Origin: Macrostomum lignano | Lineage: Eukaryota | DNA length: 64,000 bases | Assembly (NCBI GenBank): GCA_002269645.1 | Contig: NIVC01000532.1 | Span: 467,840-531,839 of the forward strand | Direction: 5' to 3' | In this document: one piece after another, positions 26,459 through 38,731 of the stretch | Numbering within the stretch: the first letter of the stretch is position 1 | Layout: each line of letters begins with the position of its first letter | Program-made: the position numbers and the translations under genes | Notes under the pieces: generated by a model | Told to the model about the DNA's origin: nothing | The model's input: only the letters and a program-made list of their open reading frames with translations | The model's database searches: none

Positions 26459-26745
26459 CTCAGACAGACAGACACTCAGACAGACAGACAGACAAACAGA
26501 AAGTCAGACAGAGAGACAGACAGACAGACAGACACTCAGACAGACAGACAGACAGACAGACAGAAAGTCAGACAGAGAGACAGACAGACAAACAGGCAGA
26601 CAGACAGACACACAGACAGACAGAAAGTCAGACAGACAGACAGACACTAAGACACACAGACAGACAGAAAGTCAGACAGACACTAAGACACACAGACACA
26701 CAGACAGACAGACAGAAAGTCAGACATACATAAAGATGACACAAA
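26005..26745. repeat. Complex (GACA)n microsatellite
   Basis: Direct inspection. Confidence 0.96.
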
Positions 26746-27234
26746 GACACAGGTTTAACCGCTAGCATTCAGGTGGCTCATAGCATTCACTTACTAAGTG
26801 GAAAGTAAAAAATGTAACAATTTAAATGAGCGCAGCAATCAAGCTATTATAACAGAGGCTCCGTGTTTCTGCCTCGCCATTTCTTACTTGGCCAATCCTA
26901 GCCGTGATTGGGCTGCAGAAACATCGCCAATGGGGATGGACAACAGCTAAACTGATATCTTTTGTCTCCTCTTTCCTCTCTCCTCTCTCACTGCTTAGCA
27001 AAACAGTCATTTTTACATTGCTCTTATGCTCTGCCAACTCTTCTCCATCATGCCTTTTCTGTCTATGGAAGCTGCTGAGGCTCTGGGTCTGGTCACCATA
27101 TTGTACATCCGCGTGAGTTACCTTATTAGGTATATTTTTAGGAATTTATTAGTCAACAAAATATATGCTTCAATCCTATCATTCAGTGCACCATACAGTG
27201 TATATCTTTACTTTACAGCATTACTCAAAAACTA

Positions 27235-27575
27235 CAGAATTATCCCAAATCTCATTTTTCCCAAAACTACATAATCATCACAAATCATATTTATCCCAAG
27301 GCTATACAATTATCCCCATTATCCCAAATCCCATTTATCCCAAAACTAGCGAATTATCCCAAATCCCATTTATCCCAAAACTACGGAATCATCCCAAACC
27401 CTGTTTATCCCAAAGCTACACAATTATTCCAAATCCCATTTATCCCAAAACTACATAGTCATCCCAAATCCCATTTATCCCAAAACTACGGAATCATCCC
27501 AAACCCTGTTTATCCCAAAGCTACACAATTATTCCAAATCCCATTTATCCCGAAACTACATAAACATCCAAAATC
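27235..27575. repeat. Degenerate minisatellite with TTATCCCAAA core
   Basis: Repeating ATCCCAAATCCCATTTATCCCAAAACTAC blocks. Confidence 0.85.
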
Positions 27576-27614
27576 CCAATCACATCCAAAATTTTCCCCA
27601 TACCATTTTCGCAG

Positions 27615-27824
27615 CCGCCCGGACTGCAAGACGCCGGACAGCATCTGAGCGCCATCAACTACGCCGAGAGTCTGGTAACCATCCGCATTAAGCCGGACGA
27701 ATCTGGTAGATTTGGATTCAATGTTAAAGGCGGTTACGACCAGGGCTTGCCTATTCTGGTTTCCAAGGTGGCGCCCAATATGCCTGCCGACATAAGCATC
27801 CCTCGGCTGCACGAAGGCGATCAG
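27615..27824 (+). CDS. PTPN4: PTPN3/4 exon 7 (PDZ, first part)
   Basis: LVTIRIKPDESGRFGFNVKGGYDQGLPILVSKVAP...RLHEGDQ|GTGAC. Confidence 0.93.
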
Positions 27825-27854
27825 GTGACTACTTTAAGACTTTTAAAAAGTAGT

Positions 27855-28378
27855 GCCATCTTGAAATCGAAGTAGTGCCATTTTGAAATCAAAGTAGTGC
27901 CATTTTGAAATCAAAGTAGTGCCATTTTGAAATCAAAAGTAGTGCTATTTTGAAATCAAAAGTAGTGCCATTTTGAAATCAAAGTAGTGCCATTTTGAAA
28001 TCAAAGTAGTGCCATTTTGAAATCAAAGTAGTGCCATTTTGAAATCAAAAGTAGTGCTATTTTGAAATCAAAAGTAGTGCTATTTTGAAATCAAAGTAGT
28101 GCCATTTTGAAATCAAAGTAGTGCCATTTTGAAATCAAAGTAGTGCCATTTTGAAATCAAAGTAGTGCCATTTTGAAATCAAAAGTAGTGCCGTTTTGAA
28201 ATCAAAGTAGTGCCATTTTGAAATCAAAGTAGTGCCATTTTGAAATCAAAGTAGTGCCATTTTGAAATCAAAGTAGTGCCATTTTGAAATCAAAGTAGTG
28301 CCATTTTGAAATCAAAGAAGTGCCATTTTGAAATCAAAGTAGTGCCATTTTGAAATCAAAGTAGTGCCATTTTGAAGT
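27855..28378. repeat. 22/23-bp minisatellite TTTGAAATCAAAGTAGTGCCAT
   Basis: Fills most of intron 7. Confidence 0.96.
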
Positions 28379-28412
28379 TATAAAGTTATAATAATTTTCA
28401 AATCAACCCCAG

Positions 28413-28952
28413 GTGCTGTACATCAACGGCCGGGACATGGGCACGCACACGCACGAGCAAGCTGTACAGTTCATTAAAGCGGCCGCCGAGAAGCACTCTG
28501 GCGAGCTGGTGCTGGTTGTGCGCCCGGCCATGTACACAGACGATGGCGTTGGCGGCGAGGAGACTGAGATCGGAGTTGGCAGGGCCGCCCAGCAACAGCA
28601 GCAGCAGAAGCAGATTCGAGCAGCGGCATCGCTGGACGAGTTGAGTAATTCCGGACAGCAGAGTGCCGTCTCCACTCTCCGGAGTAGCGTCCGTCATCAA
28701 GCCCCCACGATCCCCCAGCAGCCAGCTGCGATGCAGCACCTGCTGCAGCAACAGCAGCAACAGCAGCAACAACTGCAGCTGAAGCAGCCGCAGACTTTAG
28801 CCGAGTCCATGCAACAACTCGACGAATCGCTGCGCAATGGCACCGCTCTCGTGCAGTTTGAGCATCTGTATCGGAGAAAGCCCGGCCTGAGTATGACTGC
28901 GGCTAGGCAGCCTGAGAATGTGGTGAAGAACCGGTATCGGACATCAGCCCGT
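28413..28952 (+). CDS. PTPN4: PTPN3/4 exon 8 (end of PDZ, poly-Q linker, start of PTP), with an apparent 1-nt deletion near 28940
   Basis: VLYINGRDMGTHTHEQAVQFIKA...QFEHLYRRKPGL...KNRYR. Restoring one G gives DISP plus a phase-1 T before the donor GTGAG. Confidence 0.9.
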
Positions 28953-28964
28953 GTGAGTTGCTGG

Positions 28965-29660
28965 TGTCTGTGTTACTGCTGGCTTTGTCTAGGGTCTTGG
29001 TTCTGTGCTACTGCTGGCTTTGTCTAGGGTCTTGGTTCTGTGCTACTGCTGGCTTTGTCTAGGGTCTTGGTTCTGTGTTACTGCTGGCTTTGTCTAGGGT
29101 CTTGGTTCTGTGTTACTGCTGGCTTTGTCTAGGGTCTTGGTTCTGTGTTACTGCTGGCTTTGTCTAGGGTCTTGGTTCTGTGTTACTGCTGGTTTTATCT
29201 AGGGTCTTGGTTCTGTGTTACTGCTGGCTTTATCTAGGGTCTTGGTTCTGTGCTACTGCTGGCTTTGTCTAGGGTCTTGGTTCTGTGTTACTGCTGGCTT
29301 TGTCTAGGGTCTTGGTTCTGTGTGTCTGCGGGTCTGTCTGTCTGCGGGTCTCTACTGTCTGTCTGTCTGTCTGCGGGTCTCTACTGTCTGTCTGTCTGTC
29401 TGTCTGCGGGTCTCTACTGTCTGTCTGTCTGTCTGTCTGCGGGTCTCTACTGTCTGTCTGTCTGTCTGTCTGTGGGTCTATACTGTCTGTCTGTCTGTCT
29501 GTCTGTCTGTCTGCGGGTCTGCCTGTCTTTCTGTCTGTCTGTCTATTTGTCTGTCTCTCCGTCTGTGTGTCTGTCGGTCCGTCCGTCTGTCTGGCTGTCT
29601 GTCTGTCTGTCTGTCTGCGTGCCTGTCTGTCTGTCTGTCTGTCTGCTTATGTCTGTATTT
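28965..29660. repeat. 35-bp minisatellite CTGCTGGCTTTGTCTAGGGTCTTGGTTCTGTGTTA followed by complex (CTGT)n
   Basis: Direct inspection. Confidence 0.94.
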
Positions 29661-29745
29661 GGTTTGTCCGCCTGTCAGCCGGTCTCTTTAATAATCTAAT
29701 CGTGACTAGAACCTAATAAGACCCCCCCCCCAATCAAATAAACAG

Positions 29746-30164
29746 ACGACGCCACCCGGGTGACCCTACAAGACGCCAGCATCACTGGCACAGACTACAT
29801 CAATGCCAGCTTCGTCAACATGGAGATTCCCCTGCCCAGCGGCATAGTGAACCGCTACATCGCCGCCCAAGGACCCCTGGCCAACACGTGCGCCGATTTC
29901 TGGTTGATGTGCTGGGAGCAGAGCGTCTCACTAGTTGCTATGCTAACCGCTAGCGTAGAGCGTGGCCGAGCAAAATGCCATCAATACTGGCCGAAGCTGT
30001 ACGAGTGCGCCGAATTTGCTGGACTTGCTGTCACCTGCGTGTCCGAGCAGCTGGCCGAGGATGGCGCCGCCGCCGCTCCTGCTGTTGTTGCCGGTTCGGC
30101 CGATGACCCGGCTGGAATCTGCGTGCGAGAGTTCATTTTGAGTCGGGGCGGTCGAGAGAGACAG
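29746..30164 (+). CDS. PTPN4: PTPN3/4 exon 9 (PTP domain)
   Basis: (Y)DATRVTL...DYINASFV...YIAAQGPL...DFWLMCWEQ...[12 protein letters not shown]...GGRERQ|GTGAG. Confidence 0.95.
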
Positions 30165-30184
30165 GTGAGTGTATTTAAGTGATA

Positions 30185-31190
30185 CTCTAGTTAGCGGGGT
30201 GTACAGGTGTCTAGTTAGCGGGGTGTACAGGTGTCTAGTTAGCAGGGTGTACAGGTGTCCAGTTAGCGGGGTGTACAGGTGTCCAGTTAGCAGGGTGTAC
30301 AGGTGTCCAGTTAGCGGGGTGTACAGGTGTCTAGTTAGCGGGGTGTACAGTTGTCTAGTTAGCGGGGTGTACAGGTGTCTAGTTAGCGGGGTGTACAGGT
30401 GTCTAGTTAGCGGGGTGTACAGGTGTCTAGTTAGCAGGGTGTACAGGTGTCCAGTTAGCGGAGTGTACAGGTGTCCAGTTAGCAGGGTGTACAGGTGTCC
30501 AGTTAGCGGGGTGTACAGGTGTCTAGTTAGCGGGGTGTACAGTTGTCTAGTTAGCGGGGTGTACAGGTGTCTAGTTAGCGGGGTGTACAGGTGTCTAGTT
30601 AGCAGGGTGTACAGGTGTCCAGTTAGCAGGGTGTACAGGTGTCCAGTTAGCGGGGTGTACAGGTGTCTAGTTAGCAGGTTGTACAGGTGTCCAGTTAGCG
30701 GGGTGTACAGGTGTCCAGTTAGCGGGGTGTACAGGTGTCCAGTTAGCGGGGTGCACAGGTGTCTAGTTAGCGGGGTGTACAGGTGTCTAGTTAGCAGGGT
30801 GTACAGGTGTCCAGTTAGTGGGGTGTACAGGTGTCTGGTTAGCAGGGTGTACAGGTGTCCAGTTAGCAGGGTGTACAGGTGTCTAGTTAGCGGGGTGTAC
30901 AGGTGTCTAGTTAGCGGGGTGTACAGGTGTCTAGTTAGCAGGGTGTACAGGTGTCCAGTTAGCGGGGTGTACAGGTGTCTGGTTAGCAGGGTGTACAGGT
31001 GTCCAGTTAGCAGGGTGTACAGGTGTCCAGTTAGCAGGGTGTACAGGTGTCCAGTTAGCAGGGTGTACAGGTGTCCAGTTAGCAGGGTGTACAGGTGTCT
31101 GGTTAGCAGGGTGTACAGGTGTCCAGTTAGCAGGGTGTACAGGTGTCCAGTTAGCGGGTGTACAGGTGTCCAGTTAGCGGGTGTACAGTG
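30185..31190. repeat. 24-bp minisatellite GGTGTACAGGTGTC(T/C)AGTTAGC(G/A)G
   Basis: Fills nearly all of intron 9. Confidence 0.97.
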
Positions 31191-31226
31191 CAGGCTATCA
31201 ACAATCAGTCCCTAATCCCCATGCAG

Positions 31227-31589
31227 GTGACGCAGCTGCAGTACAGCAGTTGGCCAGATCACGGCACCCCAGTGAGCCACGCCGAATTCCTAGCATTCGT
31301 GTCCAAAGTTCGATCGCTCCGTTCCGGCCACCTGGAGCCGATGGTGGTGCACTGCTCGGCCGGGATTGGCCGAACCGGAGTCCTCATCACCATGGAGACG
31401 GCGCTGTGCCTGCTGGAGGCCGGCCTGCCAGTCTGTCCGCTGGAAATTGTTCGCCGAATGCGCGACCAGCGAGCGATGCTGATTCAGACTCCGTCTCAGT
31501 TTAAATTCGTCTGCGAAGCCATCCTGCACTGCTACGGGCAGCAGCAGCAGGATTCGAGCTCAGAACCTCCGGCTGCAGCCTCTGGCTGA
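31227..31589 (+). CDS. PTPN4: PTPN3/4 exon 10 (catalytic core to stop)
   Basis: [16 protein letters not shown] and [15 protein letters not shown] are intact; stop TGA at 31587-31589. The ten exons total 3061 nt, or 3063 nt (1020 aa plus stop) after the two 1-nt repairs. Confidence 0.96.
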   Translation: MTQLQYSSWPDHGTPVSHAEFLAFVSKVRSLRSGHLEPMVVHCSAGIGRTGVLITMETALCLLEAGLPVCPLEIVRRMRDQRAMLIQTPSQFKFVCEAILHCYGQQQQDSSSEPPAAASG

Positions 31590-31764
31590 GTAAATCCACT
31601 TCTAGAAGAATTTTCTTCTCTATTTTGTTGCTGCACTATGAATCTTGTTTGTTTGTTTGACTACGAGTAACTCTCGCAGTGGCTCACCTTTTTCCCGCGT
31701 TTTTAAATTTGTTTGCTTAGTTGCTTGCTTAATAACCCGAGCCATGCACGCCTGCTTAAATCCA

Positions 31765-32290
31765 ATTCAAAATCCCCATCATTGATAATCCCTTGGCGAT
31801 AATCCACTTCAAAATCCCCATCATTGATAATCCCTTGGCATAATCCACTTCAAAATCCCCATCATTGATAATCCCTTGGCATAATCCACTTCAAAATCCC
31901 CATTATTGATAATCCCTTGGCATAATCCACTTCAAAATCCCCATTATTGATAATCCCTTGGCATAATCCACTTCAAAATCCCCATTATTGATAATCCCTT
32001 GGCATAATCCACTTCAAAATCCCCATTATTGATAATCCCTTGGCATAATCCACTTCAAAATCCCCATTATTGATAATCCCTTGGCATAACCCACTTCAAA
32101 ATCCCCATCATTGATAATCCCTTGGCATAATCCAATTCAAAATCCCCATCATTGATAATCCCTTGGCATAATCCACTTCAAAATCCCCACCATCGATAAT
32201 ACCTTAATGATAATCCACTTCAAAATCCCCACCATCGATAATACCTTAATGATAATCCACTTCAAAATCCCCATCATTGATAATCCCTTG
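31765..32290. repeat. 41-bp minisatellite AATCCACTTCAAAATCCCCAT(C/T)ATTGATAATCCCTTGGCAT
   Basis: Period 41 (31801, 31842). Confidence 0.95.
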
Positions 32291-33767
32291 AGCTGTTGCA
32301 AAAATCCCAAGAACTGACAACCCATTAGCATCCATCTCTGCTGTTTCGCACAACTGCTTAACTCTTTGCCACTGTTGAAGCCGCTGCTGGTAAACCCTGT
32401 TCTTTTTACCTTTTTTCTCTGCTCTCTACTATTGAATTGTGATTCTCCTGGTTTCACCTGAGGAGCCTCCCATTACCCAGTTAAAATGTGTTGTATGTAT
32501 AGCCTGTTTGTTCAACCTGAATAATTGTCTGAATTCTTATTTAGGTGGACAAAATTGATTTATTTATCATTTTTTATCTGAGCATCCTGTCTGGCACCCT
32601 ATTACCTTGTTTTAGTGCTATAAGTAGTATATATTATAATTGTGACTTTGCATATCTGCTATTCATATCTGATTAACTGTTCAAAGTGTGCCCTCTGCCC
32701 ATTAAATTATGATTAGTTTGTTTTAATATTATCAACTTTGTGCTCGTGTCTTTGTCTTCTGTGTTTGACTGGGGCTTTTAGAGTAGTGTGACAATGTAAG
32801 GTTACCCGCCCTGCTAACCCTCTCCTTGACCCTCTCTGCCCCCTCTCCTTGAATCGCTAAAGAGTCATTGCAAACAACGTCTCAGACACGACTCTACGGT
32901 CCCACTCCAATTGACTCTTTAGGCAACTCTTAGACGAAATTTTGGCGGCTTGTACCCTGACATCTTTGAGTCGTCTGGAGTCAACTTCTTTCCTTATATG
33001 GTTACGCAAGCAGGTAGAAAAAAAAACAAATAAATATTCAATTTCTATTCCTATGCGTTTCTCTATTCTGCTAAAAAATCTTATCAAAAAGTACTTTTTG
33101 CTACTTTGTGTCATGACCTTGAATGACCCTCCCACTTTTTTTAAACCAATTCCCTACGAATGTGATAATAAACTGCTTACATTGCAACTACTAGCTAAAT
33201 TATTAAATAGCGGTCCAGTGTATACTACTTATTGTACTTTGCAAGTAGTAATTGAAAGCTTTTTGCAAAGTAAAACAAATCGACCACATTCTCGCCGGGG
33301 CTCCCTCCTGCTTGCACTTTTATTCGCTGCAAATTATCGTTTGCTTGTTTGTTTTAATATATTGTACGATTTTTTAAGAAATAACTTTATGCACTTTTTA
33401 TCTGTTAGCCTGAAAAGTTTTTTGTCCTCTCTTTTGAATTCGTTTCGCTAAGATGCACCGCAAATCTGTTTCTAATTGAAGCGAGACAAAATAGTTTGTG
33501 TAAAAATGCGTGTAATTGCCATCACTGCTCATTGGCTGGGCTATTCCGGGGAGATCCAATTTCAGAGCTGTGTAAATCCCTCTGCTAACTTATTTATCAT
33601 CATATCTATTTATATAAAAGTATACATTTATTGATTAGTTCTCAGCTCCTGTACTTTTCAGTGATAATTAATTACAGGAGACTGGTCGAAGTTTTTCCAA
33701 ATAAATTGCTGCTTAGCAACTATTTTTACTGTGTTTTTCAACCTGTACATAGATTGATTGATTGATT

Positions 33768-33798
<31 letters not shown>

Positions 33799-34469
33799 TG
33801 GCCACCCCAGTACTGCTGTAACGCATACAGTTCAGCGTTCGAGCTGAAGCTTTCTGAGGTCTCAAGGGACGGAGAGAGTCGCGCCTGGCGACACGGAGGG
33901 CAAGCGATAGGTTGGGATAAAATGAGTTTAAGTTTTGCATAATTAACAATTATTCAAGCAAAAGTTTTTGTGGTCCTGGGACAGGAATAGATGAGCTGCT
34001 GCAACCGGAAGCCTGCTTAGCTAATAAAGCAATTCCAGGCCCAGGCGTTGATTCTCGGGAACGCTCGTGTTATTTAAATAAAAGTTATAACTATTCAGTA
34101 TAGCCATGATGAGTGTATTTATATTACTAATCCAATGGTAAGTGAATCATGTTTAATCGCCAAAACTTAGCACAGCATTTGTAGCATGCATAAATATAAC
34201 TTTTTCAATTATTCAAATACGTAATCAAGGAGTTGATTCTTAATTTAAAACTAAAGGATTTTTAAAAAGTTGAATAGCACAAAACAGCTCACATAGATGG
34301 AGGTTGCAATTATATCTTAGTTATGATTATAATTATTTTAATGGCAGAATGAGCATTTCCAGATGATGCAGATAGCTGAAACTGGTTGTCGGCCAGCGCA
34401 TCTGAAATTTAGGGTTTTGTGAAATTTTTACCATAAACTACCCTTCTGCGAATGAATGCGAGCGGAAGT

Positions 34470-35110
34470 GAGAATGGGAGAGGAGAGTGAGAGTCGAAGA
34501 GGAGAGTGAGAATGGGAGAGGAGAGTAAGAATTGGGGGAAAGTGAGAATGGAAGGGAGAGGAGAGAGAATGGGAGAGGAAAAGAGAGTGAGAATGGGAGA
34601 GTAAAGGAGAGTGAGAATGGGAGGGAGAGGAGAGGAGAATGGGAGGGAGAGGAGAGGAGAATGGGAGGGAGAGGAGAGGAGAATGGGAGGGAGAGGAGAG
34701 GAGAATGGGAGGGAGAGGAGAGGAGAATGGGAGGGAGAGGAGAGGAGAATGGGAGGGAGAGGAGAGGAGAATGGGAGGGAGAGGAGAGGAGAATGGGAGG
34801 GAGAGGAGAGGAGAATGGGAGGGAGAGGAGAGGAGAGGAGAATGGGAGGGAGAGGAGAGGAGAATGGGAGGGAGAGGAGAGGAGAATGGGAGGGAGAGGA
34901 GAGGAGAATGGGAGGGAGAGGAGAGGAGAATGGGAGGGAGAGGAGAGGAGAATGGGAGGGAGAGGAGAGGAGAATGGGAGGGAGAGGAGAGGAGAATGGG
35001 AGAGGAAAGGAGAGTGAGAATGGGAGAGGAAAGGAGATTGAGAATGGAAAGGAGAGTGAGAATAGGAGGGAGATAAGAGTGAGAATGGGAGGAGAGTGAG
35101 AATAGGGATA
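34470..35110. repeat. 22-bp GA-rich minisatellite GGGAGGGAGAGGAGAGGAGAAT
   Basis: Direct inspection. Confidence 0.95.
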
Positions 35111-35143
35111 GAAAGAAGAAATCGGTAGACAGTGAGATAAGAG

Positions 35144-35265
35144 TAGGGGTGTTCGGGGTTCGGGGTCCCGATGAATGTTCGGGATGGGGTTCGGGGGTCC
35201 CGATAAATGTTCGGGATCGGGGTTAACCCCGAACCCCGAAAAAAATGCCATCCCGAACACCCCTA
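35144..35265. mobile_element. 122-bp hAT-type MITE
   Basis: Perfect 14-bp TIR TAGGGGTGTTCGGG/CCCGAACACCCCTA; 8-bp TSD GATAAGAG at 35136-35143 and 35266-35273. Confidence 0.88.
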
Positions 35266-35755
35266 GATAAGAGATACGAGTTCCGTTTGCTAAACTGAAT
35301 TTAGTTAGTATATACGAGTATGATAAAAGAATTACTAGTTGACAAGGAAAAGGTCCTAACAATGATTCGTGCCCAAGATTTTAGCCTTTAAAACTTGGTA
35401 ACTTGAAAACTACAAGCACACAAATTCGCGGACTTATTTCAGCAGTCGATATGTATCGTAGTTAACTTTGCAAAGAATTGATGCGCAACAGATAAGCGCG
35501 GGATTGTCAAACAATAAAAAATAGAACGATAATTGGGATTAGGGATTCAGGTGTGGTTGAGGGAAGGGAGAGAAGACGTCACGTCTGTATCTAGCATAGA
35601 AACACAGGCACTGAGGCGAATTAGTCAGAACCAACCCCATCTTCTCCCCCCCCCCTAACCCCTGAGCTGCTGGGGTGGCTGTGTGGCTGGGATGGATGCT
35701 GTATATGGGATGGAGAGATGCGGTCGTCCCTCTGAGCTGCACTGCTCAAACCCTC

Positions 35756-35792
<37 letters not shown>

Positions 35793-37090
35793 ATCTTGTT
35801 AAAACTCCTTTTTATGGCTATAAATATGTATATATATCTCCCAATGGCTATGTAGGGGAGGCTGGACAGCTAATGCGCAGATTCGAGCGCTAGCTGAGGC
35901 AGAGAAGCCCATGGCGGAGAGCTCGTGGCTTATGGGCGGCACAGGATCCGAGAAGAGTACATCGGCCCCGCCCCCTCCTCCCTAAAGCCCTTATCCTTAT
36001 CCGCTGCGTCCCTTGCCTAAGCAATCCCATCCTCCATCATTCATTCAGCCCTTATGCGTGCTTTGCCAGTTTTCTTGAGCTCGGGAACAGCTGAAATTGG
36101 GGTCGGGATTGAGGAGGGAGACAGCTTCTGCTGCTGCGGATAGATAGTTGCTGGGATTGGGGTCGGCTGCTTCCCCCCCCCTCTTAGCTGGTGGCTCCCG
36201 CGTACGCGACGCTGAAACAATGGCCAATTTGACTGCAGGTTTGGACCTCCCCTCTCTCTCTCCCGTTTCTCTTTGCACACCTCCCCTTACTTCTCTGCAG
36301 CGCAGAAGCTGCTCAAAAAAGCTGTTGGGTAGAAAAATGATAGCTTAAACTTATGTCATGCTAATCTGGCGGGCAAGAGGCAGCTGCAGTGCGGGTTATT
36401 ATCTATCTCATTCGCAAATATTGTTCCCGGAGCTCTGGGTGCATGAGTCATTCGTTTATTTAGCCTTCCGCCTTAGATCTCTCTGACCCCTTCGGCTATT
36501 TCTATCTTTGGTCTGAATTGATGGGGTTTTTTATATTAATTTCCTACCGCAGTTTGTACCTATTGCGCACCTGATCTCATCACTAGGGTCTTATTGACCT
36601 ATATGTAGTTAATAAGAGGGCAGACCCCCTTGGTTCCATTCCGTTCGCGGCCACATTCATTCGGGGCTTATGTGCTCAGATTCATGTCTGGGACGATGGT
36701 TCTCCAGGGTCCCTGGCCCTACTACTTAATAAGAATTTAGCACTGCTCTCGACAGGTCCTGTTTCATTAAACAAGCAACAAGGCCGCAATGGCAAGCTTA
36801 CCAAACTGATGAATGAATTGTTGGCAGTTATTTGATAATGGTAGCCCGGCGCATTGTCTGAGTCGCTTGTCTGAGACCGAGCTTGAGATGTTGGACCTGC
36901 AAGCGGCAGCTGGACTCAACATGCGTCGAATGAAGGCGAAAGAATGACGATTTAAAATATTTGTGTGCTCTCGTGCGCATTGTGTGCGTGTGTTTTGTGA
37001 TTTCTCTGCAAATTAAGGAAGTCCACAGATTTTTCCGACAAGCCGCGGGAGCTGCTCGGGGACCGGGGGGAGAGGGGCCTGAGTGTGGCG

Positions 37091-38731
37091 TCACACGTCA
37101 GTTTCAAAGCAGCTAACTGGACACTTGGGACTTGCTGTGCCTGCAGAATTCTGCTGCTGCTGCTGCTGTTTGGAGTGATTTTGTCGCCGCGTGCTCTGCT
37201 GCGGTTCGATAGGCTGCTGCTGCAGCGCCTCTGTAGCTTCTGGATCTGCTTCCAGGACGTCAGATAACGAGGCCAGCGAGCTTTTCTGAACCGCCGCGTT
37301 GGAGTCGCGGCTGTAGGCCGGGCAGGACTGGATGTGCACGTAGGTCTGCTTGTCCTCGGACTCGGTCTCCCGGTGGTAGAAGTAGTTGAAGTTGGACACA
37401 ATCACTGGCACGGGCAGGGCTATGGTCAGCACACCGGCTATGGCGCACAGGGACCCCACCAGCTTGCCCCAGACCGTCACGGGCCGCATATCGCCGTAGC
37501 CAACCGTTGTCATGGTGACCACAGCCCACCAGAACGCCGACGGTATCGAGTCGAAATGCGACTTGAGGGCCGAGTCGGCCTCGGCAAAGTACACGGCTGA
37601 GGAGAAGAGGATCACGCTGATGAGCAGGAAGAACACCAGCAGGCCGAGCTCTCGAACCGATGCTCTGAGAGTCTGGCCGAGGATCTGCAGTCCCTTGAAG
37701 TGGCGGCTCAGCTTGAAGATTCGGAACACTCGCACCAGACGGATAACCCGCAGGATGGCCAGAGACATCGCCTGGTTGCTTCGACTGTCGTCTGCGATCA
37801 CCGTGCCGAGCGTGATGAAGTAGGGAATGATGGCCACGATGTCGATGGAGTTCATCATGTTCTTGAAGAAGGCGAGCTTCTCCGGCGACGAAGCGAACCG
37901 GACCAGCAGCTCGAAGGTGAACCAGATGATGCAGATTGTCTCGATGACGAAGAAGGGCTCGTCAAATTGCGGTATGTCATCCTCCTCGATAGCGTGGCTG
38001 GTGACGTTGCCGAACGTGTCGTTGACGACTTTGTAGTGCCGGAAGTGGGGCAGAGTCTCCATGCAGAAGATCACGATGCTGAGCAGGATGACGCAAACCG
38101 AGATGATGGCGATCACCCTGGCTGCCATGGAGCTCTCCGGGTACTCGAACAGCAGCCAGACTTTGCGCTGGAACTCGTCTTCGGGCAGCACCTTGACCTC
38201 CTCTTTGATGAAGCCCTCGTCGTCGCGGTACTTCTCGATGGCCTCCTCGCCAAGCTCGTAGAAGCGGATCTCCTCCGTGAAGACGTCAATGGGGACGTTA
38301 ACGGGCCGGCGCAGCCTGCCGCCGCTCTGGTAAAAGTACAAAATCGCGTCGAACGAAGGCCGATTACGATCGAAAAAGTATTCGTTTCTCAACGGGTCGT
38401 AGTAGCGGTTCCGTTTGAGAGGGTCGCCCAGCAACGACTCGGGGAACTGGGCCAGAGTTTTCAGCTGCGTCTCAAACCGCAGACCGCTGACGTTGATGAC
38501 CACCCGCTCGCAGTCGGAACTGGCCGCGGCGCCGCCCCGACGATTCCCTGCTGGGGTCGCCACGACGCCATCGGCAATCGCCGTGGCTTCGTCATCGAGC
38601 GGCGGCGGCTGGTCGAGCATTCGCGGGTGCTGCAGCGGCGGCTGGTGATGATGCGACCTGTAAGAGTGCGGCGGCGGGCAGGCGTCGGGGTTGCCGTTCA
38701 TCTCGCCGAAGCCAGCCATGGCGAATTCCAT
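37091..38731 (-). CDS. Sh: Shaker/Kv1 voltage-gated potassium channel alpha subunit, intronless, ~546 aa
   Basis: T1 domain [19 protein letters not shown]; S4 [21 protein letters not shown]; filter TTVGYGD; S6 [10 protein letters not shown]; C-terminal ETDV. First ATG is at 38731 (the track start 38806 is GTG and overlaps a possible acceptor, so an upstream exon is possible). Confidence 0.97.
   Translation of the reverse strand: MEFAMAGFGEMNGNPDACPPPHSYRSHHHQPPLQHPRMLDQPPPLDDEATAIADGVVATPAGNRRGGAAASSDCERVVINVSGLRFETQLKTLAQFPESLLGDPLKRNRYYDPLRNEYFFDRNRPSFDAILYFYQSGGRLRRPVNVPIDVFTEEIRFYELGEEAIEKYRDDEGFIKEEVKVLPEDEFQRKVWLLFEYPESSMAARVIAIISVCVILLSIVIFCMETLPHFRHYKVVNDTFGNVTSHAIEEDDIPQFDEPFFVIETICIIWFTFELLVRFASSPEKLAFFKNMMNSIDIVAIIPYFITLGTVIADDSRSNQAMSLAILRVIRLVRVFRIFKLSRHFKGLQILGQTLRASVRELGLLVFFLLISVILFSSAVYFAEADSALKSHFDSIPSAFWWAVVTMTTVGYGDMRPVTVWGKLVGSLCAIAGVLTIALPVPVIVSNFNYFYHRETESEDKQTYVHIQSCPAYSRDSNAAVQKSSLASLSDVLEADPEATEALQQQPIEPQQSTRRQNHSKQQQQQQNSAGTASPKCPVSCFETDV

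Noticed and set aside
32942-33451. 169-codon ORF between the phosphatase and Kv1
   Set aside because: TTG start, AT-rich composition and no recognisable domain.
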